Positions 25,801-38,869 of a DNA stretch of 64,000 nt are shown here, in pieces. The position numbers and the translations under genes are program-made. The first letter of the stretch is position 1; each line of letters opens with the position of its first letter. The notes under the pieces were generated by a model. The model was not told the origin of the DNA, ran no database searches, and saw nothing but the letters and a program-made list of their open reading frames with translations. Source of the stretch: Cyanophora paradoxa CCMP329 (taxonomy: Eukaryota > Plantae > Glaucophyta). The stretch lies in contig QPMI01000549.1 in NCBI GenBank assembly GCA_004431415.1, positions 62,001 to 126,000 of the forward strand. Reading direction: 5' to 3'.

Positions 25801-26650
25801 TTTGCCGACGCATTAATTCGATCGAAGCTAGCTAGAGAGGGTGCTCCGGCTAGTCGGCGGCGGTGTGCTCCGGGAGGGGGTGCTAGATCCGATGATCTGG
25901 ACACTGTGACAGATCTAGAGAGCTTTATATAATTAGAGGGGAGATTGACTCTGAGCCTCGCGATCGAAGATCTGCCTAGAGCCTTCGCGAGCTAGCTCTA
26001 GAGCGAATCGCGAGAAGAGGGCGCGACGTCGGCCCAGGCTGTGCATGAAATGAATTTACTTTGCACGTAGCTGCACATATTGGGTGGCCGGGGTCGGCGG
26101 AGACAGACAAGTGAAGAAGGGCGGACTCAACAGGAGACAGCTAAAGGGGACATAGTCCCTGGAGCTCGGGACAAGCGTGGCAGCTGAAAGAGAAAAGTTG
26201 CGAGGCGGAAAGAGGAGTACTAGCGGGGATCACGAATCGAAGGAGCGGACTCCGGGCTGACTCGGTGAAATTGAGGGGCGGAAAGGGAATTCGAGCGGGG
26301 CCTTGGCTTCTACAGGCCGGCCGGGGCGAGGAGGATGAGGACCTCGGTCGCCTTGTCGCGCCAGCGGCGGAACGTCTCCGGCCCCAGCCCCGCCCGCACC
26401 TCCACCTGCCCCGACCTCGTGTCAGCTGGGGCCGGGGCGGGGCGGAGCACAGCGGGGCGAGCCTTGCCGTCCTCGCCGCAGAGGAGGGAGACGAGGAGGC
26501 GGTGGCCGGCGGGGGGCGGCCCGACGCGCGGGTGCGCCGCGGCGGCGGCCAGCAGCGCCTCCGCCGTAGCGCAGGCCGCCGCGTCGAGCGCCACGTCCAC
26601 GGCCGGCGCCCCGGGCCGGTGGAAGCGCCCGGGGAGCCCCGCCGCCGCCC
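21100..26650. repeat. Second tandem duplication, unit ~2.76 kb
   Basis: Identical ORFs recur at offsets of 2757-2770 (22377/25134, 22882/25639, 23540/26310). Confidence 0.93.
23540..25558 (-). CDS. Family member C'': chimera of a C'-type 5'/middle part and a D-type 3' end, without the premature TAG
   Basis: The 5' part matches C'. The last exons and the downstream spacer match copy D (26310-26650). Reads VSLLCGEDGK intact. Confidence 0.65.
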
Positions 26651-28076
26651 CGCCCGCCTCCAGCTCGTCATCCTCCGCCGTGAGGTCTGCGGCGGGGGCT
26701 AGGCGGGGCAGTGATGGGCGGCGTGGAAGGGATCGGGCGGACCGATGGAGTCAGGGAGGGCGTCGACGTCGATCGGCGGGGGATGTGCCACGTGCAGGTC
26801 CTCCTCGTTGGATCCGCTGCTGGAACCCGCAGCACTGCTACCACCGCCGCCGCTGCTGCTGCTGCCTCTGGCGCTGGAGCTTGCGGCGCTGCTGTTTCCT
26901 ACAACCGCCGGCGCCTCGTCCGCCGCGGCGGCGCCCGGGAGGAGGTCGGGGCGGAGGCCGGCGACCATCATCCAGAGGCGCGAGCGGTAGCGGACGGTGA
27001 GGGTGCAGAGGCGGCCGCCGGCATCGTACTCCGTGGGGCGGTACTGGTCGACAAGGGAGCCGCTGTAGTCGACTGCCGCGACTCCGCCGAGGCACTTCGC
27101 CCGCTTGCGCTGGAGCGCCGGGGGATCCCCAGCTCCGCGATCCCGCTTCCCGGGCACCTTGAGCCGCCCGCGCCGCCTAGCCGCGGCCAGTTGCTCGCTC
27201 CACACCGCTTCGCTGAAGACCAACTCGAAGCTGCCCGGCTCTGCTGCGGGTGCCGCGGAAGACGCGGAGTTTGAGCTGGAGCTGCTGCTGCCCGCCTCGG
27301 CTTCGAGTGACTTGAAGACGAACGGCTTGCATTCCACCGCTGAGCCGTCCCAGTCGCCCAAGAGGGTGGTGCGCTGTCCTGCAGCAAATACAGTCCCGTG
27401 TCGTCGCAGCGGGCTCTGGGCGAAAATTAATGCACGGGGACAGGGCGGCGGGAGGCCGGGTCGCTGAACGAATTCACATCGCAAGCTAAGCTTGAGTGAG
27501 GCCAAGGCCTAGCTTTAGGACGGACGCACGAGTTGTACGTGATACCTGCCGGAAGAACCCTCCTGCGGCCCGAAGTGCTCCTCCGCCACGACGGCGAAGC
27601 GACGGCCCGGCTGCGCCTCGATGTAGAAACCTGCGCGCTGCATGAGAACGCGAGCGCCACTCGCTGCCAGGCGCGAACGGGCTCACCCGGCTCGACCCGC
27701 TCGCGGAAGACCTCCTTGCCGCACAGCGGCGAGCCGGGAGGGACGTAGAACACGTCCGCTGGGGCGTAGGAGGCCGGTTTCGCGGGGTCGGTGTTGACGA
27801 AGACTCGCGCGGAGAACTGGCTCGACGCAGGCCGCGGCGGGTTGATGGCGAAGGCTGCGGCCGCTCCATCGGCGGCGAGCAGCGCCGGGTCGAAGATGCA
27901 GTGTCCGCGCTGCCCCGCGGCCGCCGCGTCGCCGCATTGCCTGCGCGGGCCCGCGGGCGCGGCCGGGGCGCGGCGTGAGCGCGCGGCACTCGTCACGTTT
28001 GCAACTTGCAAGGCACAGACGTCACCAACCTGACTATCTTCTTTCGTACAGCTTTGGCAGACACGGCTGCAGTCAT
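26310..28076 (-). CDS. Family member D (apparently intact)
   Basis: MTAAVSAKAVRKKIVR/QCGDAAAAGQRGHCIFDP... with exon 1 the same length as in A and B. All family motifs are present through ...LAPAGL*. Confidence 0.72.
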
Positions 28077-28717
28077 TCTGCCGGCAAGAGTCAACGTCGT
28101 CGTCGGAGCAATCGCAAGCAGCCGGACCGGCCCGAACCTCGCAGAACGTTCGTGAGCTGCCGATTCCCGCGGCCGCCTCTGCAGTCGCCGCGGACTCCCG
28201 ACGCGGTGCTCGAATGGTACACGCTGCGCGGCGAAGTAAGTGCGCGGTGAAGTCAGTGCGCGGCAACGGCGCGTGGCGTAACAGGACTAGACCTGGCAAA
28301 GCAACCGACGCGTCGCTGCGACGCTCTCGGGCGTCGCGGATTGCTCCCGTGAGTGCTCCCGCCGAAGCAACCCGCCGGCCCGTGCAGTCGCTGAATGCTC
28401 AGAGTGCGATTTCGATCCGCAGGAACACTCGCTTCTCAACTAGCTTGCCTAGGCCTTCCGAATCATGATCATGATCAGCCCTCCGGCGCTTCGAATTCCC
28501 CCGGTACCGAATTCTTTGGCAATTTGATCGGACTGACTTGCAATATTGATCGACGCGTACCGTACGTCGACTTCGGGGAATCTCTGCATGCGGCGGGCCT
28601 CGCAAGCGACAGCAGATCCGGATAGCTATTCTCCGAGTACAAGACCGAGGCTGCAGTGGGCTCAGGGCGGGCCCGGCCGTCCCTGGCCGACAAGCTTCAA
28701 GGGAGGGTGGGCCGGGT

Positions 28718-31700
28718 CTAGCAGAAGGGGAGGAACTGGGCGGCGCGCTTGGCGGTCGAGTCGTCGACGGGGACGTTCACCAGGTCCTGCATCGCCTCCT
28801 TCGCCCCCGCCGCCCGCAGCGGGCCCTGCCCGACCGTAAGTTGGGGGGGAGAATTCGAAGCGGAGGGGGTACGGGGCCACCTGGGCGGCCTCCTGCCCGA
28901 AGAGGTCGAGGAGGAGGGCGGCCGCCTCGGCGCGGACCTCGCGCCGGCGGCCGGCGCAGCAGTCCCCGCAGACCGCCCGCAGCGTCGCCGGCCGCGCCGC
29001 CAGCGCCCCGTACGACGCCGCGTTGTTCAGCGCTGCGCGGGGCTGAGGGGGAGGCGACCGAACCAACGAAAGAGGGGGGTACCGAGGTTGTAGAGGAGGG
29101 AGTACGCGACCGCGCGGGCCTCGCGGCTCGCGGCGCCGTCCGTGGCGCGAAGGTACCCCTCCACCAGCGCGAACGCCCCCAGCTCCCGCGCCTGCGCCAG
29201 GAGTGAGCCCGAGATAAAAATAGCCCGGGAGGGATGGGGGGTACGCGCGCGCCTCGTTCTGGAGGGCCTTGTCGCGGCCCATGGAGAGGTTCACGAGCAC
29301 GAAGACGGCCTGCTCCAGCAGCTCGTCCGGCACCGCCTGCTCTAAAGCTCACGGGGGAAGAAGCCGCGGGGGGGTACCGCTTCACCTTCGCGAAGGCGCG
29401 GAGCATGGCGCGGACGGCCCCCGAGCGGATCGCCGGCTCCCGCACCGCCGGGTTCACGTCTGCGGGGGGTACCTCAGCCTCGGGAGGGGAGGGGAGGGGG
29501 TACGGGGTTGCGGGCGGACAGAGGAGGCCGTTGAGGATGGGGAGGTACTGCTCGAGGGCACGGGCGGGGGCGGACCAGGGCCCGCCCGTGCCGGGCCCCG
29601 CCGCCAGCTGCAGGCCGGCGAGCAGCTCCTCGACCGGCGCCCCCGCCGCCGGCGCCGGCACCGTCGGCACCCCCGGCGGCGGCGCCCTGCGAAGCCGTTA
29701 GCGGCAGAAAGCAGGGGACGCGAGGGCCGGGCAGGGGGGGCGTGCCGGGCGGGGACGAGGGCGAGGGAGGAGTCGACGAGCTCGACGAGCTTCGCGGCGC
29801 CGTGCTCCTCCAGGCTCGAGAGCGTGTTGAACGCGCACTTGCTCAGCTGCCCACGGGCGGGCCGATCAGCGAGGGGGGGGGACGAGGGGGGATGGAGCGG
29901 GGGCGGGGGGTACCTCGTCGTCCTCGACGTCGTTAAGGAGCATGGCGAGGGTGTGCACGCCGCCGCCGCCGGCCACGCGCGCCTGGTTGCCCTTGTGGTT
30001 CCGCACCAGGTTCCCCAGGCAGAACGCCGCCGACTTGCGCATCTCGTAGCTGCGAACGAAGCCGACCCGGCCGGCCTTCAGGAAGGGGCGGGGAGAGCCA
30101 CTCAGAAAGGGGCGACAGAAGGGCGCACATGGCGTCCGGGGCCGCCAGCGCCGCCAGGAGGACCTCCACCCCTGCGGGCCCAGGCTCCAACGCGGTCGTA
30201 CCCGGGGCGGGCTGCGCTGCGCGGCGTACCCCGGAGGCGGTGGGCGAGGTCCTGGACGGCGGCGTTCTGGTAGCTGAGGTTGATGAGGGCGAGGAGGGCG
30301 TAGAAGCCGGCCTCCTGCGCCTCCTGCCGCCGCGTCCGGCTCGACGCCGTCAGCGGCCGGCCCCGCGTCGGCTCCCACTGGCCCGCCTGGCCCCCCGCCC
30401 CCTCCGCGATCCGGATCGCCCCGGCGCCCGTCGCGGAGAGGGGCGCGGCGGCCCCGCCGGCCGTGCCCGGCGCGCGGGGCCGGCGGAGGCGGCGGCGGCG
30501 CCGTCGGGCCGCAGCGCCGACTCGATGAGGCGGAGCAGCGTCGCCACGGCCGCCTCCTTCGCGAACAGCGCCTGCCCCGAGCGCTCAGCCCGGCGGAGTG
30601 AGAGGAAGAGGGGGGAGGGTGCGGGCCTGGCAGCGGGGGTGGTTCCAGACGAGGTGGGAGAGGAGGAGGCCGGCCATCGCCGCCACGCGCCCCGAGGCCC
30701 CCGCCAGCAGCCGCAGCACCGCCTCCGCCACCTCCGCCTTGCACAGCGCGTCCTGCGGTCGCTCGAACGCCTCAGGCGGCCTCCTTCGTAACAGGCGAGG
30801 GAGCGGGTGGGGGCCGGGCCTGTGAGGCGGGGTTGGTGTCCGTGCAGTTGACGAGGAGGGTCAGCGCCGAGAGGGTCAGGTCGTCGTCCTTCGGCGCCGC
30901 CAGGTACGCCACGCAGGCGTCCTGCGAATACGCGAACGTCAGAGGGGGGGAAGGGGGCGAAAGGGGTACGCGGACCAGGCCGCCGAGGGCGCGGACGTCG
31001 TCCTGCGCGGCCGTGTGCCTGCGAAGAAGGGGTACGGCGTTGGAGGAGGGGAGAAAAAAACGGGGGTACCGGCGCACCGGTAGACGAGGTTGTTGAGGGC
31101 GAGGCACACGGCCTCAGTGAGGCTGCGGCGAAAGGGGTCAGGGGAGGGGTACGGCCGAGGCGAGGGGTACGGCAAACCTGGCGACGGTGACGGCGGAGGG
31201 GGGAGGGCGGGAGCGGCCGGTCTGGGGCCGGCCGGGGGCGGGCGGGGGCCCCGGGTCGGCGCGGCGGGCGGCGAGGGCCGCCGCCTGTGGAACGGGAGCG
31301 AGTGGTCAGCCTGTGGAACGGCGAGGGCCGCCGCCTGTGGAACGCTGAGCAGCGAGAGGTGTACGGCGGACCTGGGAGCGGAGCGGGGAGGCGCGGGCGC
31401 GGGGGTCGTCGAGGAGGCAGTCGCGGAGGAAGGAGACGAGGAGCGTCGGCGCCTGGTACTTCCGCACGTAGTCCTGCCCGCCCCGCGCCCCTCGGCGGGG
31501 GGGAGCGGGGGAGGGAGAAGGGGGCGGGCGGGCCTGGTTGGCGGGGCAGGCGGTGACGAGGTGGGCGAAGCAGGTGAGGCCCGTCTCGAGGACGGTCGCG
31601 TCCACGTCCTCCGCCGGGAAGCTCTTCAGCATCTGCGAGGCGCGGGGCGGGGCGGGGGCGGGGTCAGGCGGGCCGCGGCTAGCGGGCCGCGGAGGGCGGG

Positions 31701-33945
31701 CGGGGCGGGGGCGGGGACCTCGACGACGGTGTGGAGGGTGCCGTTCTCGCGGACCTCGTCCCGCGCCCCCGCCTGGCCCGCCGCCCCGCCCTCCCCCGCC
31801 AGCACGCACGTCAGCTGCCCCGCCGCCGCTCGGTCAGCAGAGGGCCGGGGCGAGCTCGGGCGGGGCGGGGCGGGGCGGGCCTGGAGGGCGAGGCGCTTGA
31901 TGGGGACGTGGTAGTCGTGGAGGCACTCGCCGAGGGCGGCGAGGCCCTCCTTCGCCACGAACGCCGCCTGCGCCTGCCCCGGGGGTCAGCCAGCCCCCCC
32001 GGCAGCCTCGGGCCTTCGGGCGGGCCTGGGGGTTGCCGTGGAGGAGGGCGAAGGAGGCGAGGAGCGCCCCCTCCATGATCGCCTGGTCGATGTCTGCGCC
32101 CCGCTTAGAGGGGGAGGAACTAGAGGGGGCCGGCGGGGCGGGCGGGGCGCGCTGTTGACGCAGGAGACGAGGAGGTCCACCGCCCCCCGGATGTTCAGGA
32201 AGAGGTACTGTTCAGGAAGGCCGTGAGCGGGGTCCCCCGGCGCCCTCCCTCCCTCGAGGGGGGGCGCACCTGGGCGTAGGGCATGTCGTCCAGGACGGCC
32301 GCCACCTCCTGCACAGCGGCGCTCGGCTCCCAGCGGCGAGGCGCGCGGCTCGCTCGCCTCGGGGCGGCGCGGGGCGGCGGGGGCGCACCTGGAGGGACGC
32401 GCTGACGATGTCCGCGTCGAAGTGGTTCGCCCTGCGTGAGGAGAGGGAGGGGGAAGGGGGGGGGAGGGCCGGGGGGTACCGCAGGCGAGCTCCGCGTCCA
32501 CGCGCGTCACGCACTCCTGCATCGTCTGGGGGCGCGGTGCGGCTCAGGGAGGCGCCGGCGGGCGAAGGAAGGGTTCGAAAAGGTGGGCGGGTACCTTGTT
32601 CTCGAACTGGGCGGCGACGGCGACGAGGAGGAGGGCGGTGAAGAGCGGCTGCTGCCAGTTGCACGCCACGCGCAGCGCCCGCATCAGCGGCAGCACGCAT
32701 CCCAGCTCCCGGAACAGGTTCTGGGGGGCGCCCCCGCTCTCAGACGCGCGAGGGAAAGGGACCCGCGGGGACCCGAACCTGGGACGTCGGGTTCCGGACG
32801 ACGAGGGCGTTCAGCGCGACGAGGACGGCGTCCGCGTACGCCTCCTGCGGGGAGGGGGGGGAGAGAAGCGAGGCGTGAGGGAAACGAGGCCCGACCGGGG
32901 AGGAGGGGGGTACCTGGAATATGGAGAGGTCGTTCAGCTTGGAGAGGGTGAAGCGGGCCAGGGTACGCAGCGCCTCGGCCTCCCTGAACTTGTCTGCGGG
33001 GGGTGCGGCGGGTCAGCGGGCCCACTGTACCCCCCGCCAAGGAATGCGCGTACCCTGGTGGGAGCGGGACTCGATGGCGACGTCGGCGACGAGGCAGCAG
33101 AGGCGGTGGATGAGGCCGGCGAGGGCGTCCGAGGGCGCGCTGTACGTCGCCTGCAGCGCCGCCGCCAGCACCCTCGACGTCGCTGCGCGGCGCCCGGCGG
33201 CGGCTCGGCGGCGGCGGCTCTGCGGGCGGCGGCGCGCGCCGGCGGCGCACCGGCGATGCCGCCCTCGGAGACGAAGGAGGCCTTGGCCGCGTCGTTCATC
33301 GCCACGACGGAGAAGATGCTCGAGATGCACGCGCACACCTGCGCCGCGACCGCCGCCGGCGCGGCCCGTCAGCGGCGCGGGGCGGCGTTGGCCGCGGCGC
33401 GGCGCACGTGCTGCAGGATGAGCAGGCCTCCCGGTGCGCTGAACCACGTGCTGGCGTCGCCGAAGAACGCGGTGAGTGTCGCCAGGCTGTTCGGTATGCT
33501 CAGGAAGACTGCGGGGGAGGCGTGAGGCGTCCGCGTCGGATCCAGGCGCGGCGGGACGCGAGCGGACCCTTCATGTTCTTCTTGCACTTGCATATGAGGT
33601 AGTCCTGCGGGCGGGCGACCGCTCAGGGCGAGGCGGAGGCGGCGGCGGGAATTCGAAGGCGCGGACCAGCACTTGGAGGACCCGCAGGCACACCTGCGGG
33701 TCCTGCTGCCGCAAGCACTTGAGCAGCACGGGGACCGTCGTGAAGCGCGAGGAGCCGATGGCCTCCAGCTGCTGCGAGCCCGCGCCGGCGCAAAAGTCGA
33801 GGAGCTGGTCAAGCCCGTCCAGCTTCTTGCCGAGCTCATCGCTGTCGATGTTCAACAGTGTAGATGTTAGCTTCGCCACCTGATCGTTCGGCAGGTTGAC
33901 CGCGCGGGCCGAGCCGGGCGCGTTTGGCCGGGCTGCCGGGCGCAT
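28718..33945 (-). CDS. Large armadillo (ARM)-repeat protein, about 30 exons
   Basis: Exons give typical ARM helices: VPVLLKCLRQQDPQVCLRVLQVL, NLFRELGCVLPLMRAL, AVCLALNNLVY, DDVRALGGL, SAAFCLGNLVRNHKGNQARVAGGGGVHTLAMLL, AVFVLVNLS. The ends are approximate. Confidence 0.8.
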
Positions 33946-34274
33946 CAGCGGACAGCGCTCAAGAAGCGCTGACAACGGTCACCTGAAGCGGGCCGCGCGT
34001 AGCGCGTCCCTCCTCCCCCGCGGGTAGCCATCGCCCGCTTGAACTGGGCCGCGCTCGCGTACCCCCCTCCACCCACCAGTGACCAATCTCCTTCAACGCC
34101 CGGCCGCCTCGAGCTTAGCGCTCGCATGCACGCGTCGCCTTCGCCTTGGAACAGCCGTTAACGTGCAGCGCTCTCTTAAGCTTAGCCAGCCGGTTTCCTT
34201 CTAAACAGCCTCCGCGGAGGCAGCTCACGAACACTGCAAACCCGTTCATTCGCATACACATCGCGCGCGTCGCC

Positions 34275-34850
34275 TCAGCGGCGGTAGGCGCCCTCGCGGC
34301 GGTACGCGTACGTGACGCCGCCCTGCGGGGCGGCGATCTGCGCCCCGCGGCTCCCCTGCCCGCCCGCCTCCCGCTGCAGCGCCTCCCTCAGCTCGTCGTA
34401 CACGCCGGGGTACGGCGCCATGTACACGTATCTGCGTACCCCCGCTCTGGAGGGGCGGGGGCCGGCGAGGAGCGCGGGGGTCGCGCGGGGCGCACCCGCG
34501 GTCGGGGATGAGCGAGGCGTCGACGGGCGAGTCGTTGTAGCGGCCCTCGGGAGCCGTCTGCACGCGCGTGTGCGCCCCGAACGTCGGGCTCGGGCTCGGC
34601 CGCGCAGCCGCCGCCGCCGCGCCGCCGCCGTAGCCGCCGCCGGACGCGGGCCGGTTGTACCCCTGCGACTGCTGCGCCGGCTGCTGGGCGCCCCCGTACG
34701 GGTCGTTGTAGCCGTACTGCGGCTCGCTCCGCTGCTCCTGCCAGCCCGGCCCCGCCCACGTCACGCGGGGCGCCGGCGAGAAGGCAAGGGGAACCGGGGT
34801 ACGCCGCGTCGCACCTGCTGGTTGCCGTACCCCTGCTGCTGCTGATGCTG

Positions 34851-34888
<38 letters not shown>

Positions 34889-36743
34889 ACTGGGCGTAGT
34901 AGGAGGGGTCCTCGTAGTACTTGGTCTGCGGGGGTGCGGGGCGTCAGGGCGCGGCCCGGCCCGCGGCGAAGCGGAGCGGAGGGAAGAAGAGGCTGGCGGC
35001 CCTTGGGGCGCCCCGCGAGGTGGAGGGAGGGTCGGACCTGGCCGTCGGCGGGGTCGACGTAGTAGTACTTTCGGGCGTTGTCGTCCCAGAAGTACTCGAT
35101 GCCCTGCGGGGCGCGGGGCGCGGGGTGGGGAGGAGAGGGGCAGTCAGGCGCGTCTCGGGAGGGCGGCGGCCGGGCGGCGAGGGCGCAGAGAATTCGCGAA
35201 CCTGGTTCTGCTCCTGGTGCTGCTGCTGCTGTTGTTGGTTCTGGCTGTACCCCTGCTGATTGTGCGACTGCTGGCCGTACCCGGAGGACTGCTGCTGGCC
35301 GTACCCGGAGGATTGCTGCTGGCTGTACCCCGACTGCTGCTGGTTGTAACCCGACTGCTGCTGCGGCTGCTGCTGCTGTTGCTGCTGGCCGTAGCCGTAG
35401 CCCGACTGCTGGGCGGGCTGCTGGTACGACTGCTGCGCCGGCGGCTGGTAGGACTGCGGCTGCGGGGCCGCCGCCGGCGAGGGGGACGGGCGCGGCATGC
35501 CGGGCGGCGCCCCGGGCCTGCGAAGGCGTCAGGCACCCCCAGTGGAACTGGCGGGGAGGGGGAGAGGTGGACAACGGCGCGCGCATTCCGGGGGGTGCGC
35601 CGGTGGGGGTAGAGGACGTGCGCGGCATGGCTTGCGTGGGGGTACCGGCCGACGGGCGCCCGGGGGGCGGAGCGAGGCCGGCCACCTACCCCCCATTGAT
35701 CAGCGGCGACGAAGAGGAAGGGGGGGGCGGGGGTAGAACGCTCGCCTGCCAGCGGACGGTGATGCGGCTGCCCTTGGCCTCCAGCTCCGAGGGGGGTACC
35801 TCGCTGTGGTCAGTGGACTTGACGGGGTACTCCTTCTCGACGCCGTTGGGGGGCGCCTCGGGCCCGGCGCGGGCGTCTCCGACCGGGGCGTCGACCTGCG
35901 CGGCGGCGGCGGTCTCAGAGCGGGTTCGAGTCCCAAGAGGGCCGCTTCGGCGCGCCTCGCCGAGGTAGTCCTTCCCGATCATATCCTTGTCCCAGATCTT
36001 CAGGTTTACCGCTGCGCGCGGTTCAAAAACTGTGGAGGGTGCGATCAAATCCGAGGGCGCGCACCGTCCAGCGGGTCGTCGCCGCCCTTCGCCACGGGGA
36101 ACGTGATCTTGAAGTTCCAGACGGGGTTCAGGCTGTCCGAGATCGTCTCGCTGCGCCCGAGCTCCTTCCCGTGGTACGAAGCCTGAGAGGAGCGGTTAGG
36201 GTTGAGAGGAGCGAGAGGCGCCGGCACGCACGACGAGGAACGGGTCGCTCTTCCCGTTCATGTCTCGCGCGACCAGACTGCGCTGCGAGTCAGCGGTGCG
36301 CCGCGGGCGGGAGGCGCGCGGGACTCGCTTGTGGCCGCTGATAACGGTGAGCGTGACGCGCTCGCCGGCCCGCAGGCGGCGGCCGGGCGCCCCGGGGGCG
36401 GAACCGATGGGCGTGCCTCCAGGGCGAGGCGGGGGCGCGCCTGCGGGCGCAGGAGGCCTGCCAGGAGGCGGCCCCGGCTGCGCAGCGGTCGTGGGGCGGG
36501 TCAGCGAAGGGAAGTGGTCGAGCCGCCACTTGTCCGCCCAACGGCTCCCACGGCCGCGCCCTGCGAAGCAGCTAGGCGCGTGGCGAGTCGTGCTGACTAA
36601 CGCACCTTCCAGCCGGGAGGGCGGGCCCCCGGCGGGGCAGCGCCGCCTTGGTACTGGCCGCCCAGCGACATCTGCTGCATCTGCTGAACCCCCTGGTCGT
36701 ACTGCTGCTGATACTGCTGCTGGTACTGCTGCTGGTACGCCAT
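34275..36743 (-). CDS. C2-domain protein with Q/Y/G/S-rich low-complexity regions and a short aromatic (OCRE/WW-like) module
   Basis: C2 domain: VTLTVISGHK/LVARDMNGKSDPF...SETISDSLNPVWNF...LKIWDKDMIGKDYLGE, retaining the Ca2+-type Asp residues. Also GIEYFWDDNARKYYYVDPADGQ/TKYYEDP and GYGQQQ repeats. Confidence 0.85.
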
Positions 36744-37179
36744 AGCTGCGCGCCTCCGACTGGAGCGACTTGAGAGAACTGTAGTCGCTGTACCCGGGAC
36801 CGCAGCTGGCTCAGCCTGGCTGCTGGCTGCTGAGAGCTGGCAGCCGCTGAGCAGCCAGGCAGCAGCCAGGGCAGCTGGAACAGGCAGCAGCTCGTGCCAC
36901 ACAGTCCTGCCACAGTTCTGCAGCTTCTGCTTCAGTTTGGCACGCTGCTGCGCGGGGGTGCGCTTGTGGGCGCAGCACCGACGGTACGCGCGCGCAGAAC
37001 GGTACGATACGGTGCGTGGTACGGTCTCGCGCGCGCAACTTTTGCGGCGAGCACCGGTCAGCGGGATTTGCGTTATTTCGACGGGCTGTTCACCGAAATC
37101 CGATGGTGCGCTCATTCCGCGTTCTGGTTGTCCGCGCGTCCGCAGCGCCGCAGGCTTCTTTCGAGGTGCCGCCGCATCC

Positions 37180-38450
37180 ATGGCCAGTACTAGTACTAGT
37201 GATCGGTGGCCCAGTGGCGGCGTTCCCGTCTGGCCCGGAGGCCCTCGCCTGGTCTTGGGGACTCGTGGACTGCATGTATGGCGTGCCCAACCCCCGCGCC
37301 CGCTTCTGCTCTGATTCGGTGACTCGCGCCCAGGAGGGGGCCGGGGATGTGTCGGCGCGGGCGGGAGACTCGTCGGGCCGGCGGGCCGTGCCGCAGCCGC
37401 AGCCTGCAGCTGGCCCCCGGCAAGGCGAGCGCCGTGGCGTGCTGCAGCTGGGCCCTGGGGCGGGCGAGGCGGCCCCGCTTCGCCGGCGCGCGGGACCTCC
37501 CGCGGGACCCTCCCTCGCCTTACGAGTACGTTCCGACTCCAGGGCGCGGCGCCGGCGCCGGCTATAGCTAGAGGAGAAGGTGGGTAAGTGACCAGCAGCG
37601 AGCGGTGGGCGGTGGGCGACGGGCCCTGCCGCTGCGGGCGGCGGGTGGCGGGCGCCGGGCACCGGACCCTGCCGGTGCGGGCGGCGCCGGGGGCGGCGGG
37701 CGGAGCGCGTCAGCGATCGCCGATCTTCCTCCGCTGCCGCGTCATCGGCTGCGCCGTCGACGCCGTGACAAAGTTGGGGTACGCCTGCCGCCTCGCCAGT
37801 CATCGTACCCCGGCCTGACGAGGTTTCAGGTACGTGCTGTAGACCTCCTTCCTCCGATCCTGCTCCTGTACTCTATCCTCCAGGCGAGCTGTACATGCAC
37901 CCCCCCATTTTCCCCCTCCCCCCAAACGACCCTCTTCTCCCAGTCCCCGGGCCCTGACTCGGCGCTCGTCGGTTTCAGCTACGTGCTGTACCTTGGGGTG
38001 GACCCCCTTCCTCCTGCTCCTGTACTGTATCCTGCAGGCGAGCTGTACCCCCCTTTTCCCCTCCCCCAAACAACCCTCTTCTTCCAGTCCCTGACCCGGC
38101 GCTCGGCAGCTATGTCCTCTTCGGGACGCCAAAATTGTTTTTCGCTCGGATAGGTCCGGCCAGCCAGGAAGGGGGTTTCCCCCCTCTCTACGCGCCGCTG
38201 TTTCCAGCGGCTCGGCCGGACCGTTCTCTTGGGGACGCCACCGCCCACGCGGGGGCGGACAGCGGCGCCCGCGAGATCTTTCTCCAGGTACCCCCCACTC
38301 CGGGCTTCACCCCTCCCCTGCCCGCCCGCCCACTGCAGCTGGTGCAATACTTGCCACTGCCGTTCACAGCGGTTCGGCTTTCGGGCGGAGCGGTTCGTGG
38401 TGGACTACTACCGCCTGCAGGCACGGCCTCTTCTTCCGGCTCCGGGGCGC
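37180..38450 (+). pseudogene. Degraded GNAT acetyltransferase resembling the KAT14/CSRP2BP C-terminal domain
   Basis: Fragments RVIGCA...GY..LA.H.P.*RG, LLLYSILQ and DATAHAGADSGAREIFLQ/RFGFRAERFVVDYY resemble the KAT14 motif DVTLHVS.SNPA..LYQKFGF..E....FY. It contains stops and an internal ~150-bp duplication (37855-37985 matches 38010-38115). The family call is from memory, not a search. Confidence 0.4.
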
Positions 38451-38869
38451 GGGCTGCGGGCTGCGGGGGAGGATCGGATTCGTCATCAGCACAACACTAG
38501 TACTGTATATACGATATGTAGCTACAACTGCGGGCCGCAGCCGCCGCCCGGCGCGAGGCTCCGCTGCGCCGGCTCATGCGAATGCGTCGTCAGACTTCCG
38601 ATCGCGAAGCGCTAGTGGAGCCGCGGCCTACCGTGTAGAACTTATAATTAGTTATCTTTTGCTCAGTAATTGTCTTTTGCTCACTCTTTTCTATGGGCGG
38701 TTTGATGAAAACGCGGTAATCTGGTACCGCGCTAAAGCGCCTATACTATGATAGTTGTTAGGGACCTATAGCTAGAGCGCATGCTACTCAGAAATATAAT
38801 GCACGTAACCGCTCGGTGGATTTGTGTGTTGTATGATGGTGCACGTGGGGCGAGGGGGACAGCGCGCTA

